This document shows positions 13,100 to 26,900 of a stretch of 64,000 nt of DNA, piece after piece. Within the stretch, counting starts at the first letter, position 1. The number at the start of each line of letters is the position of its first letter. Source of the stretch: Vicugna vicugna (taxonomy: Eukaryota); assembly GCA_013265495.1 (NCBI GenBank), contig MU058687.1:4400093-4464092 (forward strand), in the 5' to 3' direction. Below the pieces are notes generated by a model. That model saw only the letters and a program-made list of their open reading frames with translations. It was not told the origin of the DNA and did no database searches. Position numbers and translations under genes: made by a program.

Positions 13100-13840
13100 T
13101 GTTCATGCATTAATTTATTTTTCCCAACAAATATTAATGGAGCATCTATTTTGTGCCAGTTCTAGGTGCTTGGGTTACAGATATGAACAAACAAAAGTAC
13201 CCGCCCTCCCGGAACTTGCATATAAATTGGAGAGAACAAACAATATATATGATGTCATAAGTGATGATAGATGATGTGAAGTCATTGTACAGAGATAGAG
13301 AGTGATAGGATAGGCAAAGCATATCTGCTGTTTTAGGGAAGATGTTTAAGCAGGCACCTCTGAGAAGGTATCTTTTGAGCAGAGGCCAAAATAAAAGGAA
13401 TGATCAACCTATGTAGATATCTGGGGAGGAGCATTTCATCTGAAGGGAACAGTAGGTGCAAAGGCCCTGAGGCAAGAGTGATGTGTTCGCTCGATGTCAA
13501 GAAGACCAGTGTGTCTGGAGAGAAGGAAGCAAATGGGAGAATAGGAAATGAGACAGAGAGGTGGATGGGTCAGGCAATATAGGACCTTTTAGGGTATTAG
13601 GTTATTAGTGTTTCCAAAAAAGGCAGTAAAATAATGTAGTGTTTACTTTACAGGATGGCTGCTGTGTAGAGACCAGAAGGTGGGGATGGTGGTGAAATTG
13701 GGAGACCGGTCTCAAGGGCAGTAGAGTAGCCAGGGTAGAAATGCTGGTGACTTGTCCTAAGATGGTATTCTTAGATTTGGGATACATCTTGACGGAAGAT
13801 CTGCTAGAAGTTGATTAGATTAAATATGAGGAGTGAGAAA
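13100..13840 (-). mobile_element. L2 LINE 3' fragment
   Basis: 'caacaaatattaatggagcatctattttgtgccag...gggaacagtaggtgcaaaggccctgaggcaagag' is the reverse of the L2 3' end. Confidence 0.85.
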
Positions 13841-14840
13841 AACAGAGTTTATATATCCTTATATTTAAAAAAAAAGTCCTTTAATTTCAGTGCTTGGTCT
13901 TAGTTATTTCATGAGATTTTCTGATTCAAGTTTGAAACAATCATAATAAATTATAATTGTAATTACCCAGAGAACACAAAATGGCCCTTTTGTGGACCAA
14001 ATTCAGTCCCAAACATGCTGTTTTGTCTTACAGTATTTTAAATCTTTGAGCCAGCATTGAAAAACCCAGGTATCTGAATTCTTTTGAGAAATGGTAAGAT
14101 TTGGAGCAAAGAACATGTGTACTCATGAAGACAATTCTTTGCTGAAACTGAGTAACAGTTGTTGTCTCTTAAAGGAGCAGTCCTTCAGTTCTGTTACTTC
14201 CTGAGCTTATTTCCTCACCTCTGCTGCCTAAATGACCCTGAAGATCTTCCCGTTCCCTCCTTGCTCTCCCCACCGTCACTGCATAGTCCATTTTAGAAAG
14301 AGAAATTAGTGAGATAATCATAAACGTAGTTCAATTTGAGTCAAGGGGGCAGGGATCTCAGGATTATTGTAAGCAATATGTAAATCCATATGCAATCCAA
14401 GTATTGTCTGGAAATCCAAGTAACAATATTTTGTCTATTTTGTATAAGAATATATAGTTGAAAACCTAAACTAATTTCAAATTATAATGAAGAAAATGAA
14501 TATTTGAATCTTACTAAATTTTAATAATATTGTCTCAATTAATGGACACTAAAGTACTTAAAGTATGATTGATTTCAAGTTGTGGCTTTTTTTTTTTTAA
14601 GGCTTAAAAGAAACCCTTAAATTCAGAAGGGTTGGGGACAGCTGTTCTAGTCTGGCCTTCCACTTCACTGATGATAAAAGAAATCCAAACGGGGACAGTT
14701 ATTTGAACAAAACAGCCCAACTGATTACTGGTAGCAGGACCCAGGTGGGCTGCCCGGGTCCCTCTCAGCACTCACTCCCATACCCAAAAGTCAGGAGGAT
14801 GGAAGGGGATGATTTATGAGACTGTGAGATACAAATTCTT

Positions 14841-15090
14841 CTTTTTTTAAATTGAAGTATAGTTGATTTACAATATTAGTTTCAAGTGAACAGTAGAGTG
14901 ATTCAATATTTTATTTTTACAGATTATACTCCATTAAAAGTTATTACAGATAATGGCTCTAATTCCCTCTGACATACAATGTATTCTTGTTGCTTATCTA
15001 TTTTATACATAATAGTTTGTATGTCTTAATCCCTTATCCCATTTTACCCTTTCCCCACTGGTAACCACTAGTTTGTTTTCTACATCTGAG
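14841..15090 (-). mobile_element. 5'-truncated L1 3' end, cetartiodactyl type
   Basis: Poly-T then 'aattgaagtatagttgatttacaat...ttccccactggtaaccactagtttgttttcta'; imperfect TSD ATACAAATTCTT (14829-14840) / ATGCAAATTCTT (15093-15104). Confidence 0.85.
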
Positions 15091-15177
15091 GCATGCAAAT
15101 TCTTGATTCTGTTTTGATTTGCAAATTCTAGTTTGCAGATGGATGGAGAGCATCTTAGTATGAAAATACACTGTTGG

Positions 15178-15390
15178 CAGGACTCCTCATCGGTATACCA
15201 TTAACATTCTGGGGGACTGTGTTGAACACTGGTGGATGTTTAGCCATTCCCTGGCCTCTACTCACTAAATACTTGTGGTTAACCTCCCCCTCTCCCCAAA
15301 CACACACAGTCGTCACAAATAGGGTATTGCCATTCATTGCCAGATGTCCCCTGAAGAGGGGCAAAATCATCCCTGGTCAAGAATCCCTGC
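15178..15390 (-). mobile_element. MER20 (hAT-Charlie MITE)
   Basis: 'cattgccagatgtcccctgaagaggggcaaaatcatccctggtcaagaatccctg' matches the reverse-complemented MER20 terminus. Confidence 0.8.
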
Positions 15391-17864
15391 TTCAGGATAG
15401 CCTGCTGCTGTTGTGCCCATAGAATCAGAGTCCCCAGGAAAGGCTGTAAACACACAGCAGCCTGGCATCCTGCTGATCCAAGAGCCACACCTGGGCACCT
15501 GCTCACCTACCCCTTCTTCCCGTCTGCAAGCATGAGATATCAATCCATGGCTTCTTCTCAGTTCAATACTTTGTTAAGTATCCTTGTACTTTTTCACTTT
15601 CAAAAGACACTTACTGATTTCCAATACCTCAGCTGCAGAGGTGAATGGCTTTTTGTCTATTTCTCTACTTACCTCTGTTAGTTTTTTGAATTTCCATTGT
15701 AAAGTTCCTCACTTTTTATTTTTCCTTTGCGTTTGTATTGCTTTTTGTGTCTCTCTGTGTGACTTCCTGGTGCCTTTTTGGTGTGCAGCCTTTCTCTGCC
15801 TGCATCGATATCTGTTTCTCTACCTACATCTCTGTTTCATTTTAGGGCATAACCTTTGGGTGTTTATCTCCCCAGGCTGGCTCATGCTTTTAATGTCTGT
15901 GTTTCTGGGTCCTCCCTTGAATTTTTGGGGTGGCTGCTTGTCTTTTAGTCTCTCTCTCTGTTTCTCTCTCTCCAGCTATTTTCATGACCCCTTCCCACTT
16001 TTGGAGGATGTTGGTGTGTTTACATGACATTTCTAGTAGTGATTGTCTTTTTCTCTATTTATTGGCCTTTCTTCCCATTTCTGCCTTTCTTTGGAAATGA
16101 CCTGTCTGGACCAAGCTCCTATCCAGACTTCTTTCTCTGGGTAGGAAGTTGTTTTGGCATATTCTGGAAACCTTCTGCTTCTGTTGAGTGATTGGCTTCC
16201 GGGGGAGGACAGAGAATGGACTTTTCAGTTAGCTGCTCAGAGGCAACTCTTTGTTTTATTTCACTGAATTGAATTTTTATAAAATACACATTTAGAATAG
16301 TAAATCCAGCAAAGGTTAAATATTTAACCTTTCATAAAATTGGTATCATAAAAATATATTTTAAATGATTCCACATCATAAGCAACTATCTTAGAAAACT
16401 AATAGATAATTTACCCTTGAGATTAACTCTTTTCGAATGCTAGGTGAAGTAAAACGGATGACTTACAGAGATGCATAAGATGTTTCAGGTGAAGTTTGGG
16501 AATAAACAACTTAACGAATAGGATTTGGCTCTTTGTAAAGTACTTACCATTTTCCTGGGTTCCTAAAGAATGTCCAAGCTGAGAAATGAGGGCCTGTGAG
16601 GTTCACAAAGACAGTGAAAACTACCCAATCTCCTCTGTTTTGTAAGAAAATAAAAATTGTAATAAACTTGCAAAACAGATTGGAATCCATCTGGTGTAGT
16701 CAGATTAATCCTCCTTTAATGATTGTTTATACTGTGTATCCAAAATCAAAACCAGTATCAAGAGTTAATCAATTAAAATGTGTAATCATTTTGGTTCACC
16801 AAAGCAAGAGGGAGTTGTAAACTCAGTAAAATTTATTTTATAGTATAACCATGTTCAAAACATGCACCTTAATTGGCCCATATGTAAATTAATCAAGTTA
16901 TATCTCTAAGCATTTTTGTTGTTCTTGTTGTTTGTTTAATTGTAGTAGCGGGAAAAGTAATGGCTGCTGAGAATGGCAAGGCTGTGTGAAGAGGGTTGTT
17001 AAGATTTCTGAAACAAAAAAAAAAAAAGAAAAAAAAAAAGAAAAATCAGGATGGAAATTTGGATTTGACAGGGAAAAAAACAGACACTAAACAAAGGAAG
17101 GAAGTGTTTCTTTTCTTTCTAGTTTACTGATTTCTTCAGTACCCTGTCCGGACTTCAGTAACCTTAATAATGTAATAATACATCATTAAAAAGTCACCTC
17201 TAGGCAATTGCTATCTGGAGGGTGCTTGATATTTTAGATAGGACATTTGTTTTCTCTGAAGAAAAAAATCACACAAATATCCGAGACTTTGAAGCTTCAT
17301 AAAATTTCTAGTAATTAAGTTGAATTCAGTTCTGTCAAATCCTGTGCCTCCAGCCAGTCCTGAGTGTTTGCTGCCCTGGTCATTGTGCTAGGGTCGGGGA
17401 GGAGGACACCACTGAGATCTCCACTCTAGTCAGCTCTCAGCTGATTGCTGTCAAATGTCGCTGCCTCCACTAATGATGTTTCCACCATAAACCAAAGTGG
17501 CACGAGCCGGAGTGGCACAAGGTATGTGAGTGTATAATGTGAGACCACGCTCTAACCTGAGGATGCCTTAGAGAGGAAGGCGACACCTGCTGGCCTCCTT
17601 GTTCTGTTCATTCCGCTCGGTAGTTCTGAAATCTGTGCACGCCCTAGGACTGGGCAACGCAAGAACTCATCTCCAGGCTTTCACTCCTCCTCCGTTTAAA
17701 TGCATTCTCTCTCTAGACTACGGCCGACTCCTTCTGATATTTACTGAGCTTTAGTAGCTCTCTAGTCTTTGAAATAGGTCAGTGGCTCCTTTCTTTCAGG
17801 ATAAAATCCATGCTCTGATTCATGACATTTGAGATTTCTGTCTTGCCTGATACTCACCTTGGGA

Positions 17865-18115
17865 AGCAGTATGGTATGCGGTGGTCGGAAATCATGCATA
17901 AGAGCTTGGGGTCAAATCTTAGTTCCCCTCCTTATCTATCCATGTGTCCCTGAGCAAGTTCTTATACCTCTCTGTGGCTCAGTTACTTCATCTGTGAAAT
18001 GGGGATAATCATGTCCCTCCCTTCACAGGATTGCTGTTAAGGAAAACTAGCTAGTGCCAGTCAGGTGATCTGTAGGGAAATAGTACCCTGCAACGAATGT
18101 TAGTGATTTTTATTG
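17865..18115 (+). mobile_element. MIR SINE, near full length
   Basis: 'ctgagcaagttcttatacctctctgtggctcagttacttcatctgtgaaatggggataat'. Confidence 0.85.
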
Positions 18116-19127
18116 CTGCCATCTCTAGAGACTCATCCCATCACACTGCCCTCCTCTCATTCTCCGCTGCATTGTTCTGAGTTCCTGGAACCTGTGTATA
18201 CTGTTCCTTTCATCCCCTTCACTCGGCCAACTCCTGCTTGACCTTCAGGACTCAGACTTTGGACTCTGCCAGGAATCATTTTTACCGCTTCCCTGCACTG
18301 CAGGATGGGTACCCCTCTTATGCGCTAAGTCTGCTGCTATCTTAACATTCTATGTACCTCGTGTTTACTTGTTTGGTTCTCTATTCTTCCTCCCACAGTA
18401 CACACACACCTTGAGGGTAGAAACTCTGCCCTGTTTGTCTTGCAGCTCCAGACCCTGACACAGTGCTGAGTTCATAGGATGTGCCGAGGAATCTTCCACC
18501 TCCACTGAATGAGCAAACCTAGAGTGAGAGTCCAGTAAAAGGTGTAACCTAATGTAGGTTATATCACCAAATATCTGAATGCTAAGGCATATATGATAGT
18601 AGGCAGGTGTCTCCGCGGAATACCGGTACCGTCCAGATGTTCGTAGATACGTTTGGAATGATGAGGATGAGGTCAAGTCAGATAGGGAATTGGGGATAGG
18701 TCTCTCCCAAAGAGTTGTACTTTTGATTAGCACCATCCTAACTGCAGTGAAGAAGGCTGCACAACCTGGAGTTTCCCAAATACTCTGATTGTGGAACCCA
18801 CCTGTATCAGTATGTTGTGAAGCCCAGGCGTAGTGCCTTCAGGAACACAGGTTGGGAGATACAAGTCAGAGCTGACAGGAGCTGCTGTAACCAAGCCTTC
18901 TCTCCTCCCACCTGGTCCTTGGACCACTTTAGGAGATTGTGAGAAACTCAGTGAGGCCTTCAGCTCTGGACAGAGACTAGTTTCAGCTGGAATCTTGCAT
19001 AGGCACTATGTGTAGCAAGTTGAAGCTATTCAGAACTAGAGAATTGCTTTAGCTTTTATAACCTGGTTTCATATAATGTTTCTATGTCTCTCTCCTGAGA
19101 TAGTCTCTGAGCGGAGGACATGGGGCA

Positions 19128-19361
19128 CAGTGGTTTTAAAAAGACAGTTTCCAAAATATCTGGGTTTGTGGATATGACGTGAGTTTCAGAGATTTCTTAT
19201 CAAATGCATCAAAGTCACTTGGGTCCCTTACTAAAAAGACTGACTCCTGAGGCCTCAACTTGGACGTGAAGCTGAGACAGCCTGTGAGTGGGTGACTAAT
19301 AGCCCACATTTGTACTGAGGTCCACTGTGATTCTTATGCTCCCAAATGTTTAAGAACCACG
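19128..19361. mobile_element. MER5-like hAT-Charlie MITE
   Basis: TIR-like ends 'cagtggtttt' ... 'aagaaccacg' with 'gtgattcttatgctcccaaatgtttaagaaccac'. Confidence 0.55.
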
Positions 19362-20927
19362 GTTCTGGTTTGACCCTGAATAGAAGCCACTTTGAGAGTG
19401 GAAACTTTTTAATAGGCTCAAAGTTTACACAGTCCTTCCTGTTAAGTCAAAAAATCTTCATATGTGGAAGTATCATTAGCAATATGGCCCTTATTCCATA
19501 TGTATGTAGATAAATGAATGCTACATATGTTAAAAGTTACAAGGGTCAAGTGCAATGTTGTATTTTGTGAGGAGAAAGTTGGTTGAGTAGGCCATTTGAC
19601 TTTCTGGGACTCACCGTAATCATCTGTGAAACAGGAATGGTGTCATCTGACCTTCCTCTGCACATAAGGTAGAGAATCAAGCAAGAAAGTCAGAAAAACA
19701 AGGGTGAAGTATAAGTTGCTGTGAAAAGTAAAGCATCATGATGCATATGTGCAAATCTGGTAAAATGGTAGTCTTGTTACACTTAATAATGTTTTTCTGA
19801 TTAACCCAGTTTGGTTTACTGTTCTATGGGGCTTACGAGTACATTTGGATCACTGAAAGTTTAGAACAAACAATGATTTCAGATTAATTGAAAATCGAAC
19901 AAAGTTGTTAGAAGTAAGGGAAACTTCTGGGATTGCACAGAATAGGATTTTTATCAAGCATTCAGTGTGAATGTAACAATAGTTAAATATTAGGAATCAT
20001 TATGCTGCACTCTTCTGAGTCCATGTGACACACAAATGCTGTGGAGAACAAATAGGTCCTTCATTTATAGAGCACATTACAACGAACGGGGGGATTCACA
20101 AAGTCTAGTGTCAAATTTAACTTTAGCTGTTTTATGCTTTTTAGAAAAGTCCCTTTTCTTCCTGTAATTGCAAACTTTTTTTTTAATGGTAGCAAACTTA
20201 AGTTCATTCTATCAAAGGTACGTTGAAAAAGTTAGCAGACAAAATAAATTTGACAGAAAATAGGGAAAATCAAAGTTTTATTCAAAAGTTAAGAATGAAG
20301 ATCTTGAGATCAATTATTTGAAGTATTGTCCTTTTAATAGGCCTCACTCTTCAGCCTTGTCTCATTTTTCACTTTCACAAGGATTTTAATGTATTCTTTT
20401 CATTACATAAAACATGCCATATTTGGCCTTTTCATGAAAATGGATCTGATATCCTCCTTTGACAGCCATTCATGTAAAAAGAACAGGTCCTATTTCTGTC
20501 CATCGCCTACATGTACATACTCATGGAAATCATAGATCTTTTAGTAAAATATACTTTGTGCTTAGAGATCATCTTAATCCCAGAAAAATCAAAGCATTTC
20601 AGTCAATAACAATATCATATTCCCTTTCCCTCTCTATGTCCAGTGATGCATGTGGTCAGAGGTTCTCAATCCCATATCCAACTCAATCTAAACTATGTGA
20701 TTTCCATTCTCTACACTGAGGGGCAGCAATACAGGAAATAAACCCAGCAGCCCAGGGGGCGTAAACCCCAAATTAATCTTGATGAGTTGCTGTGCTGTTT
20801 TCTCTCTCTAGTTATATGTTTAAGTATTGCTACTTCTAATTTGAAGTAAAATTTGTCCTTCTAGATTTTTTTTGAGGTGAGATAGATGGAGCAAATCATT
20901 CCCCTGCTATTTCATAAATAAATATTG

Positions 20928-20959
<32 letters not shown>

Positions 20960-20963
20960 GTGT
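20928..20963. repeat. (TG)n microsatellite with one interruption
   Basis: Directly visible. Confidence 0.95.
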
Positions 20964-23900
20964 TTACTTTGATAGTGGAATTTTAGTATCTGGTGGATAA
21001 CCCGATTGGCCTGAATTTAAATCTTTCTTGGAGAGAAAAATTAATCATCTGTGATGTTTGTTCATCTCAGAGTTATTTTTTCTTGAAATATGAAAAGTGC
21101 TGAAAAGTTTTGAGTGATATTCTGTCTGTGTTGAAGGACAGTTGCATTCTACTCAGCATTGCTAGCTGCTTTAGGACAAGAGAAATATAACTGTATAATT
21201 ACTGAATTCTGAAATCAGTACGTTGTTTATGTAATATTGTACAAAACACTTCTCCTCCTTTCAAATTCTTACAACAAAATTCCAAATCACCAAATGATAT
21301 TTCTTGTTTAAACTCCATGACTAGTGATTAATTGATTGTTTTAAATTTCTTATGATCATATTCTGATGTCTTTCCTGAACACAAGAAAATGTAATTTGCA
21401 AAAGTAAAATGAAGCTAAGCCAGATACTTCACCGTGGTGGCAGTGGTGTGCATGTGGTTGGGAAAAGGGGATGAGAAGGTGTGTTCCCCACTTACCCTAG
21501 TCCTATACCCTGGATGAATAATAGTTAAATACAATGACAAAAACAAAACAACAGCAGAGATGGAAAAGTCACATGATTGAATGGAAACCAGGACTCAGAC
21601 TACTTTGTCATTATTTTACTATTGTTTCTGGCTTTGTTTTTTTTTTTTTTTAAAGGAAGTTACAACAAGGAGCAGCTAAGGACATGTTAGTTGGCAGCAG
21701 ATTGTGGTTTATGATAATGAGGGTCCCAAAGGGACTTGGCTTTCTTGGTGACATTGAAGTTAATTGCACTACTCGACATGTATCCTAAGAAGGGTAGCTA
21801 ATGAGATGCATGGAGAAGGCGCGGCTGCTTGCTGGCTTTATGGTGCTGCTGACTATCAGAATGTGTGGGAGGGAAGAGGGGGCCAGGTGGAATGACTGGG
21901 GTTAATTTTAATACGCATTATGAATGACAAAGTTCCTACTCTTTTGTAGAGGGATGAACACCTATAAAAGTGTCTCAGGCAATTACTGGCAACTATTTCA
22001 ACCCATTTTACTAACATCCAGTACCTATGATTTACTCTAAATTCCTAATTTCTTGTTAGGTGACATCACATTTGTTCATACTTACTTGGGTTACAAGTAA
22101 CACTTTTCTTTTTAGACGAGGAAAACAGAAGGGAGGTGCTGTAGCGTCCTCATCCAGAAACAGACATAGCTCATGTGTGGAATCCTGCTCCCAAGGCAGC
22201 CTGTGAGACATGGGGGTAGCGTTCACGTAAAGAGCGGGGTCTTTGCGGCTTGACAGAGCTCCCACTCTGAATGCTTCGCTTTTAACTAAAACCACAATAA
22301 AAAGCACGTGTGCGTATGTGTGAGGGCACGCACACATGCACACGCGGCAGAAAGCTCTCTCTCACACCTGCAGGAAATATTTCGGTTATTTGCGGTGCCT
22401 GAGCTGCCCATTTCTCCTGAGTTCCTGTGGCAAACCTTGGTGGTTGTGGTCTGTGATGGCCACACATTATCTGAGTACCACTTCCTGCCTTCTTAATTCT
22501 CTGCCACTCACACCAATTCGAACGCAAAATAAAATGGATGATTTCTGGTCATTTTAGAATTGGGGTGAAACAAGGTGGGACGGTTGCTCTATGAAAGTGT
22601 TTTAATTCCAGAGGGAAAAGAGGTTAGTGTCCTCTACCGTTGTTACAGAGCAAAGTGTCCGGGCATCTTCCCCTTCTCCCTTCTCTCCTGTGGTTTCCAT
22701 CTCCCTGGCGCCACATGGAGAGGAAATTCACTCCTAAAAGAGTGTGTCATTTTAAGCCGACTTTCTCAGAGCCGAGCTCAGAGCCATTGCCAAGGCCAGT
22801 GGGCGTAAATTCAGTCCGCCTGAAGGGAGATGAAGGGCTGCGGGATTTATGACTTATTTGAGTTCTCATACATCACCCTCCGTGTCGCTCCCTTATGATG
22901 GCCCTGCCAAAAGATAAAGAAGTGTAGGACGCTTGGTACGGGCTGTGGTGACAGGCCAGGGACAAATGTCTCTGTTGGGTAAATTGATTTGAATGGCTCT
23001 AGTGAAATATCAGGTTAGACTGAAAATATGATTGGGTTTAATGACCCTGCTGACTTCGTAGACTGTCGGGATTTCAGATCTGGGACAGGTTAATTAAGGG
23101 GCTCTCTGAAGGGGGTATGTATGGATGTTTAGAAATCTGTATAATTATTAACGTCAGTAAACACCCCCATGATAAAGCCTAGACCTGTTCTTCTGTCTCA
23201 TGTGCTGAATCTCCATTGAATGCAAGAGACATGACTTGCAATTTATAGTGTATTAATCTGGGAAAAACTGGTGAGAATATTATTTCTCCCTCCACATCCC
23301 AGAGTCAAGAAATAGAGACCTAGAGGCATAAAACTATGTAATGAAAAGACGGAGAACTGATAAACAGCTAAGCTCTGCTGTTGCAATTTAGCAGACTTAC
23401 ACGTAATAAGAGAGTGGAGAGAGGGCTTTGGCTTCTTGTGAAAGTACAATTGTGTTAGACCGCTAAACCGAAGATAAAATAAACGGATTACTTTTTCAAT
23501 TATGAAGAAAAATATTGTTAACCTTGTTTTTTGAGTGCGGCTATTCAGTTAAAAATAATAGATTTGGGTTCTCTTTGTAGGACCAAAATTTCTAGCAGAT
23601 TTCTGGTTTTCCTAAATTCCTGAGTGTACTGCCAACAATGGGCATGCTTCTTTACTATTCTTACCTCCAGGTAATTATTATGGTGTCATTTTGTTTGGAG
23701 GCAAGAGTGACTGGGTTCATCTTCCAAAAGTATTACAAAATTCCCCTTTTCTTTTCTTTTCTTTGTGCTTTACACTTTTCCTTTGCAGTAAGGAGTCCTA
23801 CTTACACTAAAATGAATCCCTAGGAGAGGCTTCCCCTGACGCTCCCTGGTCAGCAGAGCCACAGGCGAGCAAGATCCCTGGCTCGATGGCTCTCTCTTTC

Positions 23901-24699
23901 CTGATTCTATCTGGAGCTCTGGACAGATTCTCCATCTTTGGCATGAAGTATGATTCCTTCATTTCAGTGAGTGGCTGAGAGCCCTGGAGCACCCTCTCTG
24001 ATGGGCGTGAGGAGGATGGTAAATTGGGTTTAGAGAAGAATGAAACCTATTGTCAAATAGGTTCTACATTTAGAACTCATCAATAAAGTCAGCATTTGAG
24101 AGCGCGGTGCTCCATTTGTCAATGCTTTGTAGAGTGAAAGTGCCAAAACCCCACCCTCCATGCCGAGGAGAGGCCCCAGCATGGCTGCAAAACTTGAAAC
24201 TCTCTCCATGGAATAGTGAGGCATCTCTGTCTCAGAGCTGGTCCTTAGGCAACTCATGCCTGTATTCAGCTGCCTTTTAATCTGCTTCAACTGGCTGCGA
24301 GTGACACGCTTACTGAGACAAATCTGTTTGCTGGAGCCTAGTTTTAGGTAATATCCCGTTATCTATGTGAGCAGAACCCAGAGCTGTTTTATAGGCTTCA
24401 AACTTCCAGGGGTTTCCAACTCAGGTCTAGTACAACACAATTGCCACTCAGTACCTTTTTTTAAAATTATTATTGATTTATTACTTTATCTTGAGTTTTT
24501 CTTCATATAAGGCTATTGAGAATCAGAGAGATTGAGAAATTTGTCCAAGGTCACACAGCTTGTAAGGGACAAGACAGTTTTTGGACTCTGTTGTTCCTGA
24601 GTGCTAACATACATATTGTGCACCGCACTGCTTTGCTCATTGCTACACGGAGGAGATGGACACTTTTCTGTACTGCCCGCCTCCGAGCTCAAGTCTTGG

Positions 24700-25090
24700 T
24701 GCTCTCACTCTGAGTTCTCCCATCACTCTGGCCTGCTTCAGTGGTCCAGGACTCATTCAGGTCCCTGCCTGTATTGCCTTTGCCATGATCTTCTCATAGC
24801 CTTTTATTTGCCTTCTTCAGCCTCAGATCATATGTCACTCCCTAGAAGTGTCCTGTTAATCTCAAGTGACCTTCTCCAGTTACCTTCTGTCTCCTTACCC
24901 CGATGACTTCCTGTACTGCCATGATCACATTTTGTAATTATTTTTGCCTGCCTCCCACCCCAACCCACCCCGTGGAAACTCCATGAGGTCAGGAATCCTG
25001 CCAGCTTTTTCATCCTGTACCCTCAAGGTCCTGCACAGAGTCAGCCCCAATAACTAACTCAAAAACAAGTGAGTATCTGGGTGAATAAAT
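24700..25090 (+). mobile_element. L2 3' fragment
   Basis: 'ggaaactccatgaggtcaggaatc...gtgaataaatg', the L2 terminal region. Confidence 0.6.
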
Positions 25091-26754
25091 GTTCCTGGGG
25101 AGACAGAAATATGAACAAATGATTCTAATCTCAGGAAAAGTTTAAATATTCTAACAAGGATTTGAGCAAAATGTTGTGGCAACAGAAATAAGAATGGGTG
25201 AGGAAGGATGAATGAACACTAGGGGATTATTAGAATATTCTTGGAGGAATATATGACCCGAGTCTAGTGGATAGGATGGCTAGAATTTAACCTGCAAAGA
25301 TAGTGGGGAAACCATTCTTGGAGAGGCATGAACGAGCACACAAAGATAGAACTGTGTGTGTAGACACTGATGGAACAGTAAGAAGACCTGAGTTCCTATT
25401 CTGACTTTTTCTCTTAACAGCTGTTGATTTTGGACCATGTGTTTAATAAACATTTTTTTGAGAGTCTTCCAAATTTCAGGCACATGACTGTCACTTTTCT
25501 GCTTCTCAGTTTTTTTTTTTGTTTGCTGAGTGAAGATAATAGTCTATGATTCAGAATTTTTAATGAAATAACATGTGCCAGAGAATCTGGTTTTGAGCAG
25601 GTACTTTCATCTATGGGGATTGTAACTGAGTTTAGGTGACCTGCTAAATTTGGGGAAGGATTATTTAAAGTCAAGGAGCAGATCCATTATGGTGTTGTCA
25701 TCAGAATTTGCAGTAAAGGGACTACACTGTGATTATTGCAGTTTATGCATAGAAATGTAGTTCATTCATATTGATTATATTGTTTATATTATATTATACT
25801 GTTAATATATGTAGTTTACTCAGAGAGGCCTGGACCTGGAGTTAGAGGAGATTATTCTAATCTCAGTGTAATCTTGGGTTCTGCGGGACCAAAAATAATG
25901 ACTCAGTTCACAGTGTCTCAGTATCCTTGCCGTTAAAATTATTGTTATTACAAAAATACCTGTATGTGAACTTAACCTCTTCTGGAGGGTTTCAGTAAGG
26001 AAAGTAAAGATCAGTTCTCTCTAGAAGCATTAAGCTTACACAGGAAGGTGCCCTGTGGAGTATTGTGATGGAAGAAATGTGAAAAGAGGAGCAGCCTCTT
26101 AATCATTTTCACAATGCAAAGGGGCATTGTCATTATTTTAGTACAAAGATGTATATAAATTAAATAATGGTCCTAGGGTTGGCCAGATCTCCTACTGTTC
26201 TAAGGTTTGTCACGGTGAATTGTGGTGTCACTTAGCAAGTGCCTACTTAAAAAGAAGAATGAGAAGCAGGTAAGGTTAGAAGACAAGGGAGCAACTGGGA
26301 AAATGTTAAACGTAGCCTGGAGGTGAAAACAAAAGGAAAGAGAGAACACCGAAGAAAAACGAAGTGGAGCAACAGATTGGCATAGCTAGAGGGAACCAGA
26401 GGGGGTGGAGGGTGATTGCAAAAGGGAGGAGAGCCTTCTCATTTATTGAAGGAAACTTTCCGTGCCTCTTTACCATGTGGCTGCCTCTTTGAAAAGTGAG
26501 CAGGTGTGTTGGGGGCCTGTCCATCTTTCTTACAAGCAGACAACTCCCTGAACAGCATTCCATTGGATCCCTATTTTCTGTAAGAATCCCAGCAACATTA
26601 TAAGGCTTGGCTGATTGATGGCTTTTTCCATTAAGCAGTCAACAAAGTAAGCGAGCTTCGAGCTGGATTCTTGAGGTCATCTTACAAGGGGAAGAATTGC
26701 TGAAATTCCAATCTTATTTGATCCACAATCACTCTTACTGGATGAAACACTTAA

Positions 26755-26900
26755 CACATAGTTTTCCTATTATCCCTATTTTAGAGATGAGAAAACTGAG
26801 GCTGAGACCCACTGAATAATTTACCCAGGTTCAAAAAGGTCCTGAGTGGTAGAACCAGATTTGAATTTCATTCTCTCTGACTCCAAATCTCATACTGTAT
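26755..26900 (-). mobile_element. MIR SINE
   Basis: 'attatccctattttagagatgagaaaactgaggctgag...agatttgaatttca...ctgactccaa'. Confidence 0.8.

Noticed and set aside
17441..17527. 81-nt plus-strand exon candidate (CTCTCAG...AAG|GTATGT)
   Set aside because: Stops in all three frames and a poor polypyrimidine tract.
18613..18651. Adjacent SacII, AgeI and KpnI sites with six CpGs, resembling a polylinker
   Set aside because: No surrounding vector, adapter or marker sequence; compatible with chance.
20740..20765. CTCF-like motif CCCAGGGGGCG
   Set aside because: Several mismatches at the 5' core positions; not above chance in 64 kb.
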